Shown here piece by piece: positions 9,866 through 21,121 of a stretch of DNA of 64,000 nucleotides. A program made the position numbers and the translations under genes. Source of the DNA: a bacterium (lineage in GTDB: Bacteria; Patescibacteriota; Saccharimonadia; Saccharimonadales; SZUA-47); contig RFTN01000004.1 in the NCBI GenBank assembly GCA_009923445.1, positions 66,438 to 130,437 of the forward strand, in the 5' to 3' direction. How positions within the stretch are numbered: the stretch's first letter is position 1; every line of letters starts with the position of its first letter. The notes beneath the pieces are model-generated. The model was given only the letters and a program-made list of their open reading frames with translations. It ran no database searches and was not told the DNA's origin.

Positions 9866-12800
9866 TGCGTAAATACAATACAGGCATGAACATTTCTGAC
9901 TTTGATGCAGTGAGGCTTGCAGTTGCCAGCCCGCAAGATATTCAGGACTGGAGTCACGGTGAAATTACAAAGCCAGAAACTATTAACTACCGCACACAAA
10001 AACCAGAGCGCGATGGTCTATTTTGCGAACGTATATTCGGGCCAGTAAAAGACATTAATCCGCACGACGCTAAGTACAAGGGTGTACGTAGTCGCGAAGC
10101 AGCGGTCGATAAAAACGGCGAACTTGTAACAAAAAGCATTGTACGCCGCGAACGCATGGGTCACATCACTCTTGCTACACCAGTGGCGCATATTTGGTTC
10201 TTGCGCGGTACGCCAAGTGCCATTGGTCTGCTACTAGGTATGACAGTTAAAAACCTAGAACGAGTTGCCTACTTTGCAAGTTATGTTGTTATTACAGTTG
10301 ACGTTGAAGCTCGCGATAAAATGCGTGCCGATAAAGAAGCAGAGTTTAACGCTGCTAACGAAGCTGTAAAAGCTCGTTTTGAATCTGAAGCCAAAGAAGA
10401 AGGCTCTAACATCAAAGAACTCGCTACAATGCAAAGCAAAGAGCTCGAAGAACTCGCCAAAGATTACGAAGTTCTTAAAGAACAACTCGATAGTTTAGAG
10501 GCGCAAGGCTTAATTAACGAAACCGACTTTAGGGCTATGCCAACCGAACTACGAGCGCTTGTAAAAGTTGGTATGGGTGGTGCAGCGCTTAAAGGTCTTC
10601 TTGACTTGGTTGATCTTGATCAACTTATCGAAGATCTCCGCATCGAAACAGAAGAAGCAAAAGGACAGCGCAAAAAGAAGCTTATGAAGCGTCTTCGTTT
10701 GCTTGAAGGTATGCAACGCGCAGGCATTAAACCAAACAGTATGTGTTTGAGTATTTTACCGGTTATTCCTCCAGATTTGCGTCCTATGGTGCAGTTAACT
10801 GGTGGACGATTCGCAACAAGCGACTTAAACGACCTTTATCGACGTGTCATTAACCGAAATAATCGTCTTAAAAAACTAATTGAGCTAAACGCTCCTGAAG
10901 TTATTAGACGAAACGAGCAGCGTATGTTGCAAGAAGCGGTCGATGCACTCATAGATAACAATAGTGCACGTTCTGGTCGTGCAGTTGCCGCTACTGGCCA
11001 ACGCCGCCGACTAAAGAGCCTTAGTGACATGCTCAAGGGTAAGCAGGGACGTTTCCGTCAGAACTTGCTTGGTAAGCGCGTTGACTACTCGGGTCGTTCG
11101 GTAATTGTTGCTGGACCCGAACTTAAGATTAATCAATGTGGTCTACCAAAAATGATGGCTCTTGAATTGTTTAAACCATTCGTTATTGGCTGGTTAATCG
11201 ACAAAGAGTATGCTCATAACATTCGCAGTGCAACACGCATGATCGAGCTGGGCGAAATCGCTGTATGGGACGCTGTTGACGAAGTTATTAAAGATAAGTA
11301 CGTATTGCTTAACCGTGCTCCTAGTCTTCACCGTTTGAGTATACAAGCATTTATGCCTGTACTCATCGAAGGCAAGGCTATTCAGTTACACCCACTTGTT
11401 TGTAAGGGCTTTAATGCCGATTTCGACGGCGACCAAATGGCCGTTCACTTGCCGCTAAGTGCCGCTTCTCAAGCTGAGGCGCGCGACATTATGGCAAGTA
11501 ACAAAAACTTGCTAAAACCTGCAGATGGTTCGCCAATACTACACATTGAGCAAGATATTGTGTTGGGTTGTTTTTACCTAACATACGACCGCCCAGGTCT
11601 TAGTGAACTCAAGCCAAAAGCTATGAGTAGTGTTGCAGAAGCAATCATGGCCCGCGACGCCGATGCGATTAGTTTGCAACACCCAATTTCAATTACATAT
11701 CGAGGCGAGAAGCGACTTACGACTCTTGGACGCGTTTTGTTTAACGAAATATTCCCTGAAAATTTCCCTTTCCAAAACGAACCAATGAGCAAGAAAAAGC
11801 TACAAACAGTAATGGCGCTTGTTTACCAGATGTATGGTCAAGATAGAACCGCCGAAATTGCTGACGCGCTAAAAGATTTAGGCTTCGAATTTGCTACATA
11901 TAGTGGCCTTAGTATGGGTATGGATGACTTTAGCGACATAGTTGGCCTAGATGGTATTTTAAGCAACGCAGAAAATAAGTCGACAGATATTAGCGAGCAG
12001 TTTGATCAAGGATTTATAACAGAAGAAGAGCGCTACCGATTAACAGTCGAAAACTGGATGGATACAGACGCTACGGTGCAAAAAACTCTTGCCGAACAGT
12101 TTGTGAGCGAAGATAGTTCAATGTCGATTGCTGTTATATCTGGTGCGCGTGGTAACATCGGTCAGGTTAAAACTGCCGTTGGTATGCTTGGTGTAACAAC
12201 CGACGCAACTGGTCGCGCAATCGAGCTTCCTATTAGAAGCAATTATAAACATGGTTTAACTCCACTTGAATACTTTACCGCTACACGCGGTGCGCGTAAG
12301 GGTATGATTGACACGGCTCTTAAAACAGCTGACTCTGGTTACCTTACCCGCCGTTTGGTTGACGTTGCTCAAGACGTATTTACAACTGACGAAGATTCAA
12401 TTGACCCAGGTTTTGAAATGCGCCGAAGTGACGCAGCTGAAATTGGCGTGTCTTATGGCAGTCGTTTGCTTGGTCGATTCTTGGCTGCAGACGTTAAGGG
12501 TCATGCAAAAGCCAATGAACTCGTAACTGTAGAACTAGCAGCTAAAATTGATGCAGACGAAAAAGTAGACAATGTACGTATTAAAAGCGTGCTTAGCGTA
12601 CAGTCTGTACGTGGTATTCCACGTCAGAGTTACGGCATTGACCCTGCAACCGGTCAGCTTGTAAGTAGTTATCACCCTGCAGGTGTTATAGCGGCCCAAA
12701 GTATTGGCGAGCCAGGCACCCAGTTAACACTAAAGACTTTCCATAGTGGTGGTGTTGCCGGTGAAGATATTACGACCGGTTTGCCTCGTGTAGAAGAATT

Positions 12801-13713
12801 GTTTGAAGTACGAACACCAAAGGGTCAAGCGTACCTTGCAGACATTAGCGGTACTGCTAATGTATGGGAAGATGGCGATCACTACGTCGTTCAAATTACT
12901 GCTAAAGATAAAGAAAAGCTAGAACTGCCTCTTGATGGTCGTGTAATAAAAATTAAAAGTGGTAGCGATGTTGTAATTGGTGATGTAATCGCAGATAGTG
13001 CAGACGCTAATCGTCCTCTTGTGACACCAATGGCTGGTAAAGCCGAAGTTGCAGGTAGTAACATTATAATTACTCCAGCTAAACAGAGTGTATTGCGATA
13101 CGAAATTCCAGGCTTTAAGCAACTTACTGTTAAAGACGGCGATGAAGTTTCGAGCGGTCAACGTTTAAGTAATGGTAGCATAAACTTGCACGAACTTATG
13201 CGTCTTGCAGGTGTCGAAGCAACTCAGCGCTATATTATGAACGAAATCTTGCGTATATTTGCAGCACAAGGTCAAAACATTGCCGATAAGCACCTTGAGA
13301 TTATTGTGCATCAAATGTTTAGCCGCGTCATAATTGAAGACGCTGGCGATAGCGAATACGTAACAGGTGACGTTGTGTCTAAGCAGTCTGTCTTGCTTGC
13401 AAACGAAGAGCTTGTTAAGGGTAAGAAATCACTTATTCAATACGAACAGCTACTTCTTGGTATCACCAAGGCAAGCTTGTCGACTGATTCATTCTTAAGT
13501 GCTGCAAGCTTCCAGGACACAACTCGTGTGCTTATAGCAGCAGCAACGAGCGGTAAAGTTGACAACCTATATGGATTAAAAGAAAACGTCATATTGGGTC
13601 GACGTATACCTGTAGGAACAGGTGGCCGTGACACAATTAAAGCCGAAGCAGATGCCGCCGAAGCAGCCGCTAACGAACAGTACGTTACCGAAGATGTTGC
13701 AACTGTAGTATAA
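9865..13713 (+). CDS. rpoC: DNA-directed RNA polymerase subunit beta'
   Basis: NADFDGDQMAVH catalytic motif, plus RAPSLHRLSIQAF and GEPGTQLTLKTFHSGG. Start overlaps the rpoB stop by 1 nt (TAATG). Confidence 0.97.
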   Translation: MRKYNTGMNISDFDAVRLAVASPQDIQDWSHGEITKPETINYRTQKPERDGLFCERIFGPVKDINPHDAKYKGVRSREAAVDKNGELVTKSIVRRERMGHITLATPVAHIWFLRGTPSAIGLLLGMTVKNLERVAYFASYVVITVDVEARDKMRADKEAEFNAANEAVKARFESEAKEEGSNIKELATMQSKELEELAKDYEVLKEQLDSLEAQGLINETDFRAMPTELRALVKVGMGGAALKGLLDLVDLDQLIEDLRIETEEAKGQRKKKLMKRLRLLEGMQRAGIKPNSMCLSILPVIPPDLRPMVQLTGGRFATSDLNDLYRRVINRNNRLKKLIELNAPEVIRRNEQRMLQEAVDALIDNNSARSGRAVAATGQRRRLKSLSDMLKGKQGRFRQNLLGKRVDYSGRSVIVAGPELKINQCGLPKMMALELFKPFVIGWLIDKEYAHNIRSATRMIELGEIAVWDAVDEVIKDKYVLLNRAPSLHRLSIQAFMPVLIEGKAIQLHPLVCKGFNADFDGDQMAVHLPLSAASQAEARDIMASNKNLLKPADGSPILHIEQDIVLGCFYLTYDRPGLSELKPKAMSSVAEAIMARDADAISLQHPISITYRGEKRLTTLGRVLFNEIFPENFPFQNEPMSKKKLQTVMALVYQMYGQDRTAEIADALKDLGFEFATYSGLSMGMDDFSDIVGLDGILSNAENKSTDISEQFDQGFITEEERYRLTVENWMDTDATVQKTLAEQFVSEDSSMSIAVISGARGNIGQVKTAVGMLGVTTDATGRAIELPIRSNYKHGLTPLEYFTATRGARKGMIDTALKTADSGYLTRRLVDVAQDVFTTDEDSIDPGFEMRRSDAAEIGVSYGSRLLGRFLAADVKGHAKANELVTVELAAKIDADEKVDNVRIKSVLSVQSVRGIPRQSYGIDPATGQLVSSYHPAGVIAAQSIGEPGTQLTLKTFHSGGVAGEDITTGLPRVEELFEVRTPKGQAYLADISGTANVWEDGDHYVVQITAKDKEKLELPLDGRVIKIKSGSDVVIGDVIADSADANRPLVTPMAGKAEVAGSNIIITPAKQSVLRYEIPGFKQLTVKDGDEVSSGQRLSNGSINLHELMRLAGVEATQRYIMNEILRIFAAQGQNIADKHLEIIVHQMFSRVIIEDAGDSEYVTGDVVSKQSVLLANEELVKGKKSLIQYEQLLLGITKASLSTDSFLSAASFQDTTRVLIAAATSGKVDNLYGLKENVILGRRIPVGTGGRDTIKAEADAAEAAANEQYVTEDVATVV

Positions 13714-13822
13714 AGCTGTTATACTTACGGTAAATAAGGTTCTAGTTACGTAAGAAACGAGTGCTGTCGTCTTACACAACACCTACCACTTAAGTTTATA
13801 AATCTATTAGTATTGGAAATTC

Positions 13823-14236
13823 ATGCCAACAATCAATCAGTTAATTCGCAAGCCGCGTAAAACTGCCAAGGTAAAGAGTAAATCTCCAGCCCTGCGGCGA
13901 GTGGTCAATAATTTAAAGACAAAGTCTTACGAAAAAAACGCCCCATTTAAACGTGGTGTGTGCGTTAAGGTAACAACTAAAACTCCTAAAAAGCCTAACT
14001 CTGCTTTGCGTAAGGTTGCACGCGTGCGCCTTACTAATGGTTACGAAGTATGGGCTTATATTGGTGGCGAGGGTCACAACCTACAAGAACACGCTGTTGT
14101 AATGATTAAGGGTGGCCGCGTGCCCGACCTTCCTGGTGTGCGCTACCACATTGTTCGTGGTGCACTTGACCTTCAGGGTGTTGCTAACCGCAAGCAGGGC
14201 CGTAGCAAATACGGTGCCAAGAAAGCTGGTAAATAA
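13823..14236 (+). CDS. rpsL: 30S ribosomal protein uS12
   Basis: [12 protein letters not shown]...[16 protein letters not shown]. Confidence 0.97.
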   Translation: MPTINQLIRKPRKTAKVKSKSPALRRVVNNLKTKSYEKNAPFKRGVCVKVTTKTPKKPNSALRKVARVRLTNGYEVWAYIGGEGHNLQEHAVVMIKGGRVPDLPGVRYHIVRGALDLQGVANRKQGRSKYGAKKAGK

Positions 14237-14238
14237 TC

Positions 14239-14715
14239 ATGCCACGAAAAACTACCAAAGCTTTAGTACGACCTAAGCTACCAGACCGCAAATACGACAA
14301 CGAAATGGTACAACGTATCATTAACCGTGTTATGCAAGATGGTAAAAAGCAATTAGCCGAGCGCCTTGTTTACGAGGGTATGGAAAAAGCTGCCGCTAAA
14401 GTTAAAAACGACAACGCACTTGAAGTATTCGAAAAGGCTATTAAAAACATAACGCCATACATGGAAACTCGTTCACGCCGCGTTGGTGGTGCTAACTACC
14501 AGATTCCTTTTGAGTGTAAGGGTCAACGCCAAAAGCACCTTACTGTTATGTGGTTTGTACAAGCTGCGCGTGCTAAAAAAGGTATGGGCATGAGCGACCG
14601 TATAGCTGCAGAGCTTGCAGATGCTTATAACCAAACTGGTACAGCCTTCAAAAAGAAGGAAGATGTACATAAAATGGCAGAATCTAACCGAGCATTTGCT
14701 CACTTCGCACGTTAA
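14239..14715 (+). CDS. rpsG: 30S ribosomal protein uS7
   Basis: Typical uS7 sequence (VGGANYQIP, NRAFAHFR) in the str-operon position. Confidence 0.96.
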   Translation: MPRKTTKALVRPKLPDRKYDNEMVQRIINRVMQDGKKQLAERLVYEGMEKAAAKVKNDNALEVFEKAIKNITPYMETRSRRVGGANYQIPFECKGQRQKHLTVMWFVQAARAKKGMGMSDRIAAELADAYNQTGTAFKKKEDVHKMAESNRAFAHFAR

Positions 14716-14772
14716 TCTTCTAGAAATACTTTATTTCTTACATTACTAACGCTAACAATTAGGAAAAACTAT

Positions 14773-16869
14773 ATGGCAGCAGGAAAGAAAGTTTCGCTCG
14801 ATAAAGTACGCAATATTGGTATTATTGCCCATATTGACGCTGGTAAAACAACAACAACCGAGCGTATTTTGTATTACACTGGCAAAACGCACAAAATCGG
14901 TGAAGTTCACGACGGCGAAGCTGTTATGGACTGGATGGAGCAAGAACAAGAGCGTGGTATTACCATTACTAGCGCCGCAACAACGGCTATTTGGCCATTT
15001 AATGGCACAGATTACCGCTTTAACATCATTGATACCCCGGGTCACGTAGACTTTACTGTTGAGGTTGAGCGCAGCTTACGCGTACTCGACGGTGGTGTGA
15101 CGGTTTTTGACGGTGTTGCTGGTGTCGAGGCTCAAACAGAGACCGTATGGCGCCAAGCCGATAAGTATCGTGTTCCTCGTATTTGTTTTATTAACAAGCT
15201 TGATCGTACTGGTGCAGACTTTTATATTGACCTAGACCGTATCGAACAACGCCTTACTAAAAACGGTGTTGCAATTCAACTGCCCATAGGCACCGAAGGT
15301 GGTTTTAATGGCATTATCGACCTAGTTAAAATGGTTGCCTATATCTACAAAACAGATGACGGCACCGAATTTGAAACTGTAGAAATTCCAGCAGAATACG
15401 CAGAAAAAGCAGCGACATACCGCGCAAAAATGATAGACAAAATTGTCGAAGCCGACGACGACGCTATGATGAAGCATCTTGAAGGCGAAGAACTTAGTGA
15501 AGAAGAAGTCAATAACTGCATACGCAAGGGTGTGATTGCCGTACAGCTTCACCCAATCTTGTGTGGTTCTGCACTTAAAAACAAGGGTGTACAGATGTTG
15601 CTTGACTCGGTATCTATGTACCTACCAAGCCCAATTGATATCCCGCCACAAAAAGCTACTAACCCTAAGACTGGCGAAGAAATGGTTCGTCACGCTGACG
15701 AAAAGGAACCTTTTAGTGGTTTGGCGTTTAAAATCGCTACCGATCCATTTGTTGGTAAGCTTTGTTTCTTCCGTGTGTATTCTGGTACGTTGGCTGCAGG
15801 TAGCTATGTCTACAATAGTAGTACGGGCGAAAAAGAGCGTGTGGGCCGCATCGTGCGTATGCACGCTAACAGTCGCGAAGACGTTGAATCTGTAGGAGCA
15901 GGTGATATTGCCGCTATTGTTGGCCTTAAGGGTACAACAACCGGTAACACATTGTGTGACCAAGCAAACCCAGTATTGCTCGAGAGCATTACTTTCCCAG
16001 AACCTCCTGTAAGTATTGCAATTGAACCTAAAACCAAAGCCGACCAAGAAAAAATGGGTGTTGCTCTGCAGCGCCTTGCTGAAGAAGATCCAACCTTCCG
16101 CATTAGAGTCGATCACGACACGGGCCAGACAATTATTAGTGGCATGGGTGAGCTTCACCTTGAAATCTTAGTTGACCGCATGAAGCGCGAATTTAGCGTC
16201 GAAGCTAACGTGGGTGCGCCACAAGTTGCCTACCGCGAAACTATCAAAAAGTCAGATGTTGAAGTGCAAGGTAAGTTTATTCGTCAATCTGGCGGTCGTG
16301 GACAATACGGTGACGTATGGTTGCGCCTTTCTCCAACCGAATCTGGTGAAGGTTTCGAATTTGTTAACTCCATCAAGGGTGGTGTAATCCCAGGTGAATA
16401 CATCAAGCCTGTATCAGAAGGCATTAAAGAAGCTATGTCTAACGGTGTGCTTGCAGGCTACCCAGTCGTAGGCGTTAAGGCTGAGCTATATTTTGGTAGC
16501 TACCACGATGTTGACTCAAACGAAATGGCCTTTAAAATCGCAGGTTCAATGGCCTTACAAGAAGGTGTTAAAAAAGCACAGCCAACACTTCTTGAACCTG
16601 TGATGAAGGTCGAAGTTACTACTCCAGAGGAGTTTATGGGTGACATTATTGGTGACTTAAGTAGTCGCCGTGGTCGTGTCGAAGGTACCGAAGATCGTTA
16701 CGGCGTTAAAGTTGTAAACGCCTACGTTCCACTAAGTGAAATGTTTGGCTACACCACAGATATTCGTAGCATGACCCAGGGTCGCGCAAGCAGTACCATG
16801 GAACTTAACGGTTACGAAGATGTTCCTAATAACGTTGCCGAAGCAGTTATTGCCAAAGCAGGCAAGTAG
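14773..16869 (+). CDS. fusA: elongation factor G
   Basis: [13 protein letters not shown]1 motif, DTPGHVDF and NKLDR. 698 aa, downstream of rpsG. Confidence 0.97.
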   Translation: MAAGKKVSLDKVRNIGIIAHIDAGKTTTTERILYYTGKTHKIGEVHDGEAVMDWMEQEQERGITITSAATTAIWPFNGTDYRFNIIDTPGHVDFTVEVERSLRVLDGGVTVFDGVAGVEAQTETVWRQADKYRVPRICFINKLDRTGADFYIDLDRIEQRLTKNGVAIQLPIGTEGGFNGIIDLVKMVAYIYKTDDGTEFETVEIPAEYAEKAATYRAKMIDKIVEADDDAMMKHLEGEELSEEEVNNCIRKGVIAVQLHPILCGSALKNKGVQMLLDSVSMYLPSPIDIPPQKATNPKTGEEMVRHADEKEPFSGLAFKIATDPFVGKLCFFRVYSGTLAAGSYVYNSSTGEKERVGRIVRMHANSREDVESVGAGDIAAIVGLKGTTTGNTLCDQANPVLLESITFPEPPVSIAIEPKTKADQEKMGVALQRLAEEDPTFRIRVDHDTGQTIISGMGELHLEILVDRMKREFSVEANVGAPQVAYRETIKKSDVEVQGKFIRQSGGRGQYGDVWLRLSPTESGEGFEFVNSIKGGVIPGEYIKPVSEGIKEAMSNGVLAGYPVVGVKAELYFGSYHDVDSNEMAFKIAGSMALQEGVKKAQPTLLEPVMKVEVTTPEEFMGDIIGDLSSRRGRVEGTEDRYGVKVVNAYVPLSEMFGYTTDIRSMTQGRASSTMELNGYEDVPNNVAEAVIAKAGK

Positions 16870-17010
16870 TCTTTACAGATTACGCTAAATTAGCTACAAT
16901 TAACCAGTAACTCGCGTGAGGGCTATTATTAGCTTGACTAATAATTATGGATCGCGAATAACATTAAAATATTCATATAAACCCTTTAACTAAAATAGGA
17001 GTCATTACAA

Positions 17011-18192
17011 ATGGCAGAATTTAAACGCGATAAGCCACATGTTAACGTTGGTACTATGGGTCACGTTGACCACGGTAAAACAACACTAACAGCAGCAATT
17101 ACGACTGTGTTAGCTAAAAAACTTCCAAGCGATGTCAACAAGGCTGTTAATTACGCGCAAATCGACAACGCTCCAGAAGAAAAGGCACGTGGTATTACCA
17201 TTGCAACTTCTCACCAAGAATACGAATCAGAAAAGCGTCACTACGCTCACGTTGATATGCCTGGTCACGCCGACTACGTTAAGAACATGATTACTGGTGC
17301 TGCTCAGATCGACGGCGCCGTATTGGTTGTTAGCGCAGCTGACGGTCCTATGCCACAAACACGTGAACACGTTTTGCTTGCTAAGCAAGTGGGCGTACCA
17401 TCAATCCTTGTTTTCTTAAACAAAATGGACATGGCAGACGCAGAGCTAGTTGAGCTAGTTGAAATGGACATTCGTGAACTACTTGCTAAGTACGACTTCG
17501 ACGAGAACGCTCCAATCATTAAGGGTTCTGCTCTTAAGGCACTTGAAGGTGACGCAGCTTACGAAGATGCAATTATGGAACTTGTAAAGGCTATGGATGA
17601 CTTTATTCCAGAACCAAAGCGCGAGCTAGACAAGCCATTCCTTATGCCTATCGAAGACGTCTTCTCAATCAAGGGTCGTGGTACAGTTGCTACCGGCCGT
17701 ATCGAACAAGGTATTGTAAAAGTTGGTGAAGAAATCGAAATTATCGGTGTACGCCCAACTACTAAATCAGTTGTAACTGGTGTTGAAATGTTCAAGAAGA
17801 ATCTTGATCAAGGTCAAGCTGGTGACAACGTAGGTATTTTATTGCGCGGTATCGAGCGTGATGATATCGAGCGCGGTCAAGTTTTGGCTAAGCCTGGTAC
17901 AATTACACCTCATACCGAATTCGATGCTGAAGTGTATATTCTAAGCAAAGAAGAAGGTGGCCGTCATACGCCATTCTTTAAGGGATACAAGCCACAGTTT
18001 TACTTCCGTACTACGGACGTTACTGGTGAAGTTGAACTTCCTGCTGACAAAGAAATGGTTATGCCAGGTGATACTATCACCTTTAAGGTAAAACTACTTG
18101 CGCCTATTGCTATGGATCAAGGTTTGCGCTTTGCTATCCGTGAAGGTGGCCGCACAGTTGGTGCCGGTGTTGTTACGAAGATTACTAAGTAA
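17011..18192 (+). CDS. tuf: elongation factor Tu
   Basis: [23 protein letters not shown] and NKMD. 393 aa. Confidence 0.98.
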   Translation: MAEFKRDKPHVNVGTMGHVDHGKTTLTAAITTVLAKKLPSDVNKAVNYAQIDNAPEEKARGITIATSHQEYESEKRHYAHVDMPGHADYVKNMITGAAQIDGAVLVVSAADGPMPQTREHVLLAKQVGVPSILVFLNKMDMADAELVELVEMDIRELLAKYDFDENAPIIKGSALKALEGDAAYEDAIMELVKAMDDFIPEPKRELDKPFLMPIEDVFSIKGRGTVATGRIEQGIVKVGEEIEIIGVRPTTKSVVTGVEMFKKNLDQGQAGDNVGILLRGIERDDIERGQVLAKPGTITPHTEFDAEVYILSKEEGGRHTPFFKGYKPQFYFRTTDVTGEVELPADKEMVMPGDTITFKVKLLAPIAMDQGLRFAIREGGRTVGAGVVTKITK

Positions 18193-18210
18193 CAAACGAT
18201 TCTTTAAAAA

Positions 18211-18242
18211 TAGACCCCTCATCGTAGGGGTCTATTTATTTT
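18211..18242 (+). terminator. rho-independent terminator after tuf
   Basis: TAGACCCCT (18211-18219) pairs with AGGGGTCTA (18226-18234), followed by TTTATTTT. Confidence 0.8.
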
Positions 18243-18287
18243 GCCGGTATCTTAGGTTAAATCATACTATCACTATATGATGAGTGT

Positions 18288-19007
18288 ATGTATTTCTTTA
18301 AAAATATTAAAAAATCAGTCGTTCTGGCATGTTTTTCTCCGCCAGTAATGATAGCTACGCTAGTTATAGAGCTATCACTAGCCGTATACACAATCGTTCG
18401 CTATAAATTGGACACAACAGGCAGAATTATATTGGCGCTACTGATAAACTTGGGCATCTTTCAGCTTGCAGAGTACTTAGTTTGTACGCATAGTAGCGTT
18501 GCAATTATTTCGTCTCGAGTAGGATACGCATCTATAACATTACTGCCGTTATTAGGACTTCACTTAATGTCTCGGCTTACGACGACAAAATTACCCAAGG
18601 GTAGCATGCCGGTATTGTACTTATTGGCAATTATGTTTGTAGCATACTTTTTGACTGCAGCGGGAGCATTTGACGGGTATAGATGTACGGGTAATTACGT
18701 AATTTTTCAGATTGGAATGAGGCAGTTTTATGTGTATAGCTTGTATTATTTTGGACTTATACTACTAAGTATTGTAATGGGTGTTTTGTACTTACGTAAG
18801 AATAAAACAAAAAACAACAGACAAAAAAAGATTGTCACCTGGATGATTATAAGCTACGCAGTGTTTTTAGTGCCCATGTCGATACTTGCAATACTAAACC
18901 CAGAAACGCAGGCAGCCGTTCCTTCAATTATGTGCGGCTTTGCAGTTATAACGGCACTTATATACGCGCTAAAAATTGCTCCATCGCAATTGAACAGACG
19001 TAAATAG
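18288..19007 (+). CDS. polytopic membrane protein of unknown function (239 aa, about 7 hydrophobic helices)
   Basis: Repeated hydrophobic stretches of about 20 residues run through the whole ORF. It is inserted between tuf and rpsJ. Confidence 0.55.
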   Translation: MYFFKNIKKSVVLACFSPPVMIATLVIELSLAVYTIVRYKLDTTGRIILALLINLGIFQLAEYLVCTHSSVAIISSRVGYASITLLPLLGLHLMSRLTTTKLPKGSMPVLYLLAIMFVAYFLTAAGAFDGYRCTGNYVIFQIGMRQFYVYSLYYFGLILLSIVMGVLYLRKNKTKNNRQKKIVTWMIISYAVFLVPMSILAILNPETQAAVPSIMCGFAVITALIYALKIAPSQLNRRK

Positions 19008-19026
19008 GCAGAATGTTTGATTAATT

Positions 19027-19054
19027 ACATAGCTGTTGTATAATTTGAACATAA
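19027..19054 (+). promoter_or_regulatory. candidate sigma70-type promoter for rpsJ
   Basis: TTGATT (19027-19032), 16-nt spacer, TATAAT (19049-19054). Confidence 0.45.
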
Positions 19055-19137
19055 ACTAATCGCAGATGACTAAAAGTCTTAAGTATGGTCCTTAGTGCCA
19101 GCGGTAGATGTTACATCAGCAACAGGAGCTAAATATT

Positions 19138-19491
19138 ATGGCAGAAGCCAAAAAAGCAGCCGCACCAGCTGCACCAGCACCAAACCAAAAACAACGTATT
19201 CGTATTCGCCTAAAGACTTACGACCACAAGGTAATCGACCAATCTGCAAAACAAATTGTCGAGACTGCACTTCGCACAGGTGCAACAATCGCCGGTCCGA
19301 TTCCATTACCTACACGTAAAAGTACTTTTACGGTAGTTAAAAGCCCACACGTGTACAAAAAAGGCCGTGAACAGTTCGAAATGCGCGTACACAAACGCCT
19401 TATCGACGTATACGACCCAACACCAAAGACTATTGATAGTCTTATGAACCTTAGCCTGCCTGCAGGTTGCGATGCCGAAATCAAAATGTAA
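19138..19491 (+). CDS. rpsJ: 30S ribosomal protein uS10
   Basis: [19 protein letters not shown]...[27 protein letters not shown] 19138 follows AGGAG. The track start at 19108 is less likely. Confidence 0.93.
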   Translation: MAEAKKAAAPAAPAPNQKQRIRIRLKTYDHKVIDQSAKQIVETALRTGATIAGPIPLPTRKSTFTVVKSPHVYKKGREQFEMRVHKRLIDVYDPTPKTIDSLMNLSLPAGCDAEIKM

Positions 19492-19510
19492 TCAAGCGAT
19501 TATAATTTAA

Positions 19511-19538
19511 AACGGATGTACTAAACATCCGTTTTTTT
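19511..19538 (+). terminator. rho-independent terminator immediately after rpsJ
   Basis: AACGGATGT (19511-19519) pairs with ACATCCGTT (19525-19533), followed by a T run. Confidence 0.8.
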
Positions 19539-19587
19539 ATTCTTATGCTTGCAGTTATTTGGCTTTACAGTTTATTATTCTGAATAT

Positions 19588-20268
19588 ATGGCAGGACAAG
19601 ATAAACTCTTTGATGATAGTGTGTATTTTGACGAAGCAATTCATGAGTCTATGACTAATGAACGTAAGATACAAGATATAATGGCGGCAATTGCACTAAA
19701 ACCAAACGCCATTAACATGAATAATCCAGAATATTTTTACGTATCTGTAATAAACGATGATGTTGACATCTACAGATCTGGCTCTTCAGATGCTCCAAAC
19801 GCCACTATTACGTATGAAGACGAATCACTCGGTGAACATGAATTATATACTGTATCTTCTGACACAAGAACGCTCTACGAGGGATTTTTATGGGGTATTC
19901 CTACTATTAAAGTACAAGAAACTGAAGTACCTGCAATACATTTGTTTGGTAATTATACAGACATATACGGAAGTGACATGGTGATACCGCTTGCAAATAT
20001 AGCCGAACTTTTTCGGCACGATAAAACGTTTGCAACATTAACTGCAGAACTTCATGAGCTGGATGAAATGAACGTTGGTACGACATATCAGGTACCACTA
20101 CTAAAAAACAAACGTACTGGCGAAGTTATGTATAGAGATGCAAAAGCTGCAGATGTAGAGAGAGTGATTGGTGAGTTAGGTCTAAAACCAACATTGGTGT
20201 ATAGCGTAGGCAACGCTTGGAACAGCCTAGACCACCCAAGACCTGCTGGTGGGTTTAAACTTTCGTAG
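19588..20268 (+). CDS. hypothetical protein (226 aa from ATG 19588; 239 aa from TTG 19549)
   Basis: Intact ORF with no recognisable motif. It sits between rpsJ and rplC, which are normally adjacent. Confidence 0.5.
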   Translation: MAGQDKLFDDSVYFDEAIHESMTNERKIQDIMAAIALKPNAINMNNPEYFYVSVINDDVDIYRSGSSDAPNATITYEDESLGEHELYTVSSDTRTLYEGFLWGIPTIKVQETEVPAIHLFGNYTDIYGSDMVIPLANIAELFRHDKTFATLTAELHELDEMNVGTTYQVPLLKNKRTGEVMYRDAKAADVERVIGELGLKPTLVYSVGNAWNSLDHPRPAGGFKLS

Positions 20269-20284
20269 TAGAATAGTCTACATA

Positions 20285-20313
20285 TTGACTCCTTAGAACA
20301 ATTCTGTTACACT
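20285..20313 (+). promoter_or_regulatory. candidate promoter for the rplC-led operon, followed by a leader of about 195 nt
   Basis: TTGACT (20285-20290), 17-nt spacer, TACACT (20308-20313). The leader contains hairpins GTTCAC...GTGAAC and CCGTA-AAAA-TACGG just before the SD. Confidence 0.45.
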
Positions 20314-20509
20314 TTAGTGAATATCGTTACTTGGTAAATTAGTAAGTCCGAACAAATGGATACTGCTAGCTACCAAGCATTTTTATGCAAAAGTGACTGA
20401 TGTGGCCATAACTATTTTGTACGACGGTACAAGCTAAATATAAAAGCATGTTCACCTAGCAACTATGTGAACCACTGCAATAACTCCGTAAAAATACGGT
20501 AAGGAATCT

Positions 20510-21121
20510 ATGAAAGCATTTATTACAAGAAAGGTTGGCATGACAAGTACCATCAGTGATGACGGTACTATGCAAGCTGTTACCTTGCTTTCCGCTAGTC
20601 CAGTTGTTGTTACACAACTCAAAACCCAAGAAACAGATGGTTATACAGCTGTTCAAATTGGTGCAGAAGTTGACAAGAACGTGGCAAAGCCGCAGGCAGG
20701 ACACTTTAAAGCATCAGGCAAAATGCCAAAAATTGTACGCGAATTCCGCGTTACCGAACTAGAGCAAGACCTCGCAGTAGGATCAGAACTTACAGCAGAG
20801 GTCTTTTCAGTTGGTGACGTTGTTGACGTTACGGGCACTAGCAAAGGTAAGGGCTTTGAAAGTACTATTAAGCGCCATAACTTTAAGCGTGGTCGCAAGA
20901 CTCACGGTGGCCGTAGCTACCGACGCCCTGGCTCTATAGGGTCGATGTACCCACAAAAAATCTTTAAGGGCAAGCGCATGGCTGGACACGGCGGTGACTT
21001 ACAAGTTACCGTTCGTAACCTTGTTGTTGCTTTGGTTGATACCGAACACAATATTATTGGCGTGACAGGTGCAGTACCAGGCGCACGGAAGGGCATAGTG
21101 CTAGTGAAGGGAGCTAAATAA
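20510..21121 (+). CDS. rplC: 50S ribosomal protein uL3
   Basis: Typical uL3 sequence (GKGFESTIKRHNFKRGRKTHG) in conserved operon order. Confidence 0.96.
   Translation: MKAFITRKVGMTSTISDDGTMQAVTLLSASPVVVTQLKTQETDGYTAVQIGAEVDKNVAKPQAGHFKASGKMPKIVREFRVTELEQDLAVGSELTAEVFSVGDVVDVTGTSKGKGFESTIKRHNFKRGRKTHGGRSYRRPGSIGSMYPQKIFKGKRMAGHGGDLQVTVRNLVVALVDTEHNIIGVTGAVPGARKGIVLVKGAK

Noticed and set aside
15622-16158. 178-aa minus-strand ORF, and other 60-120-aa ORFs on both strands within fusA, rpoB, rpoC, tuf, secY and the GH genes.
   Set aside because: All are nested inside or antisense to strongly supported genes and show no motif support.
16881-16900. TACGCTAAATTAGCT upstream of tuf resembles the left half of the lexA-operon palindrome TACGCTA-C-TAGCGTA.
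   Set aside because: The right half (TAGCTAC) does not complete the palindrome. It is most likely coincidence.
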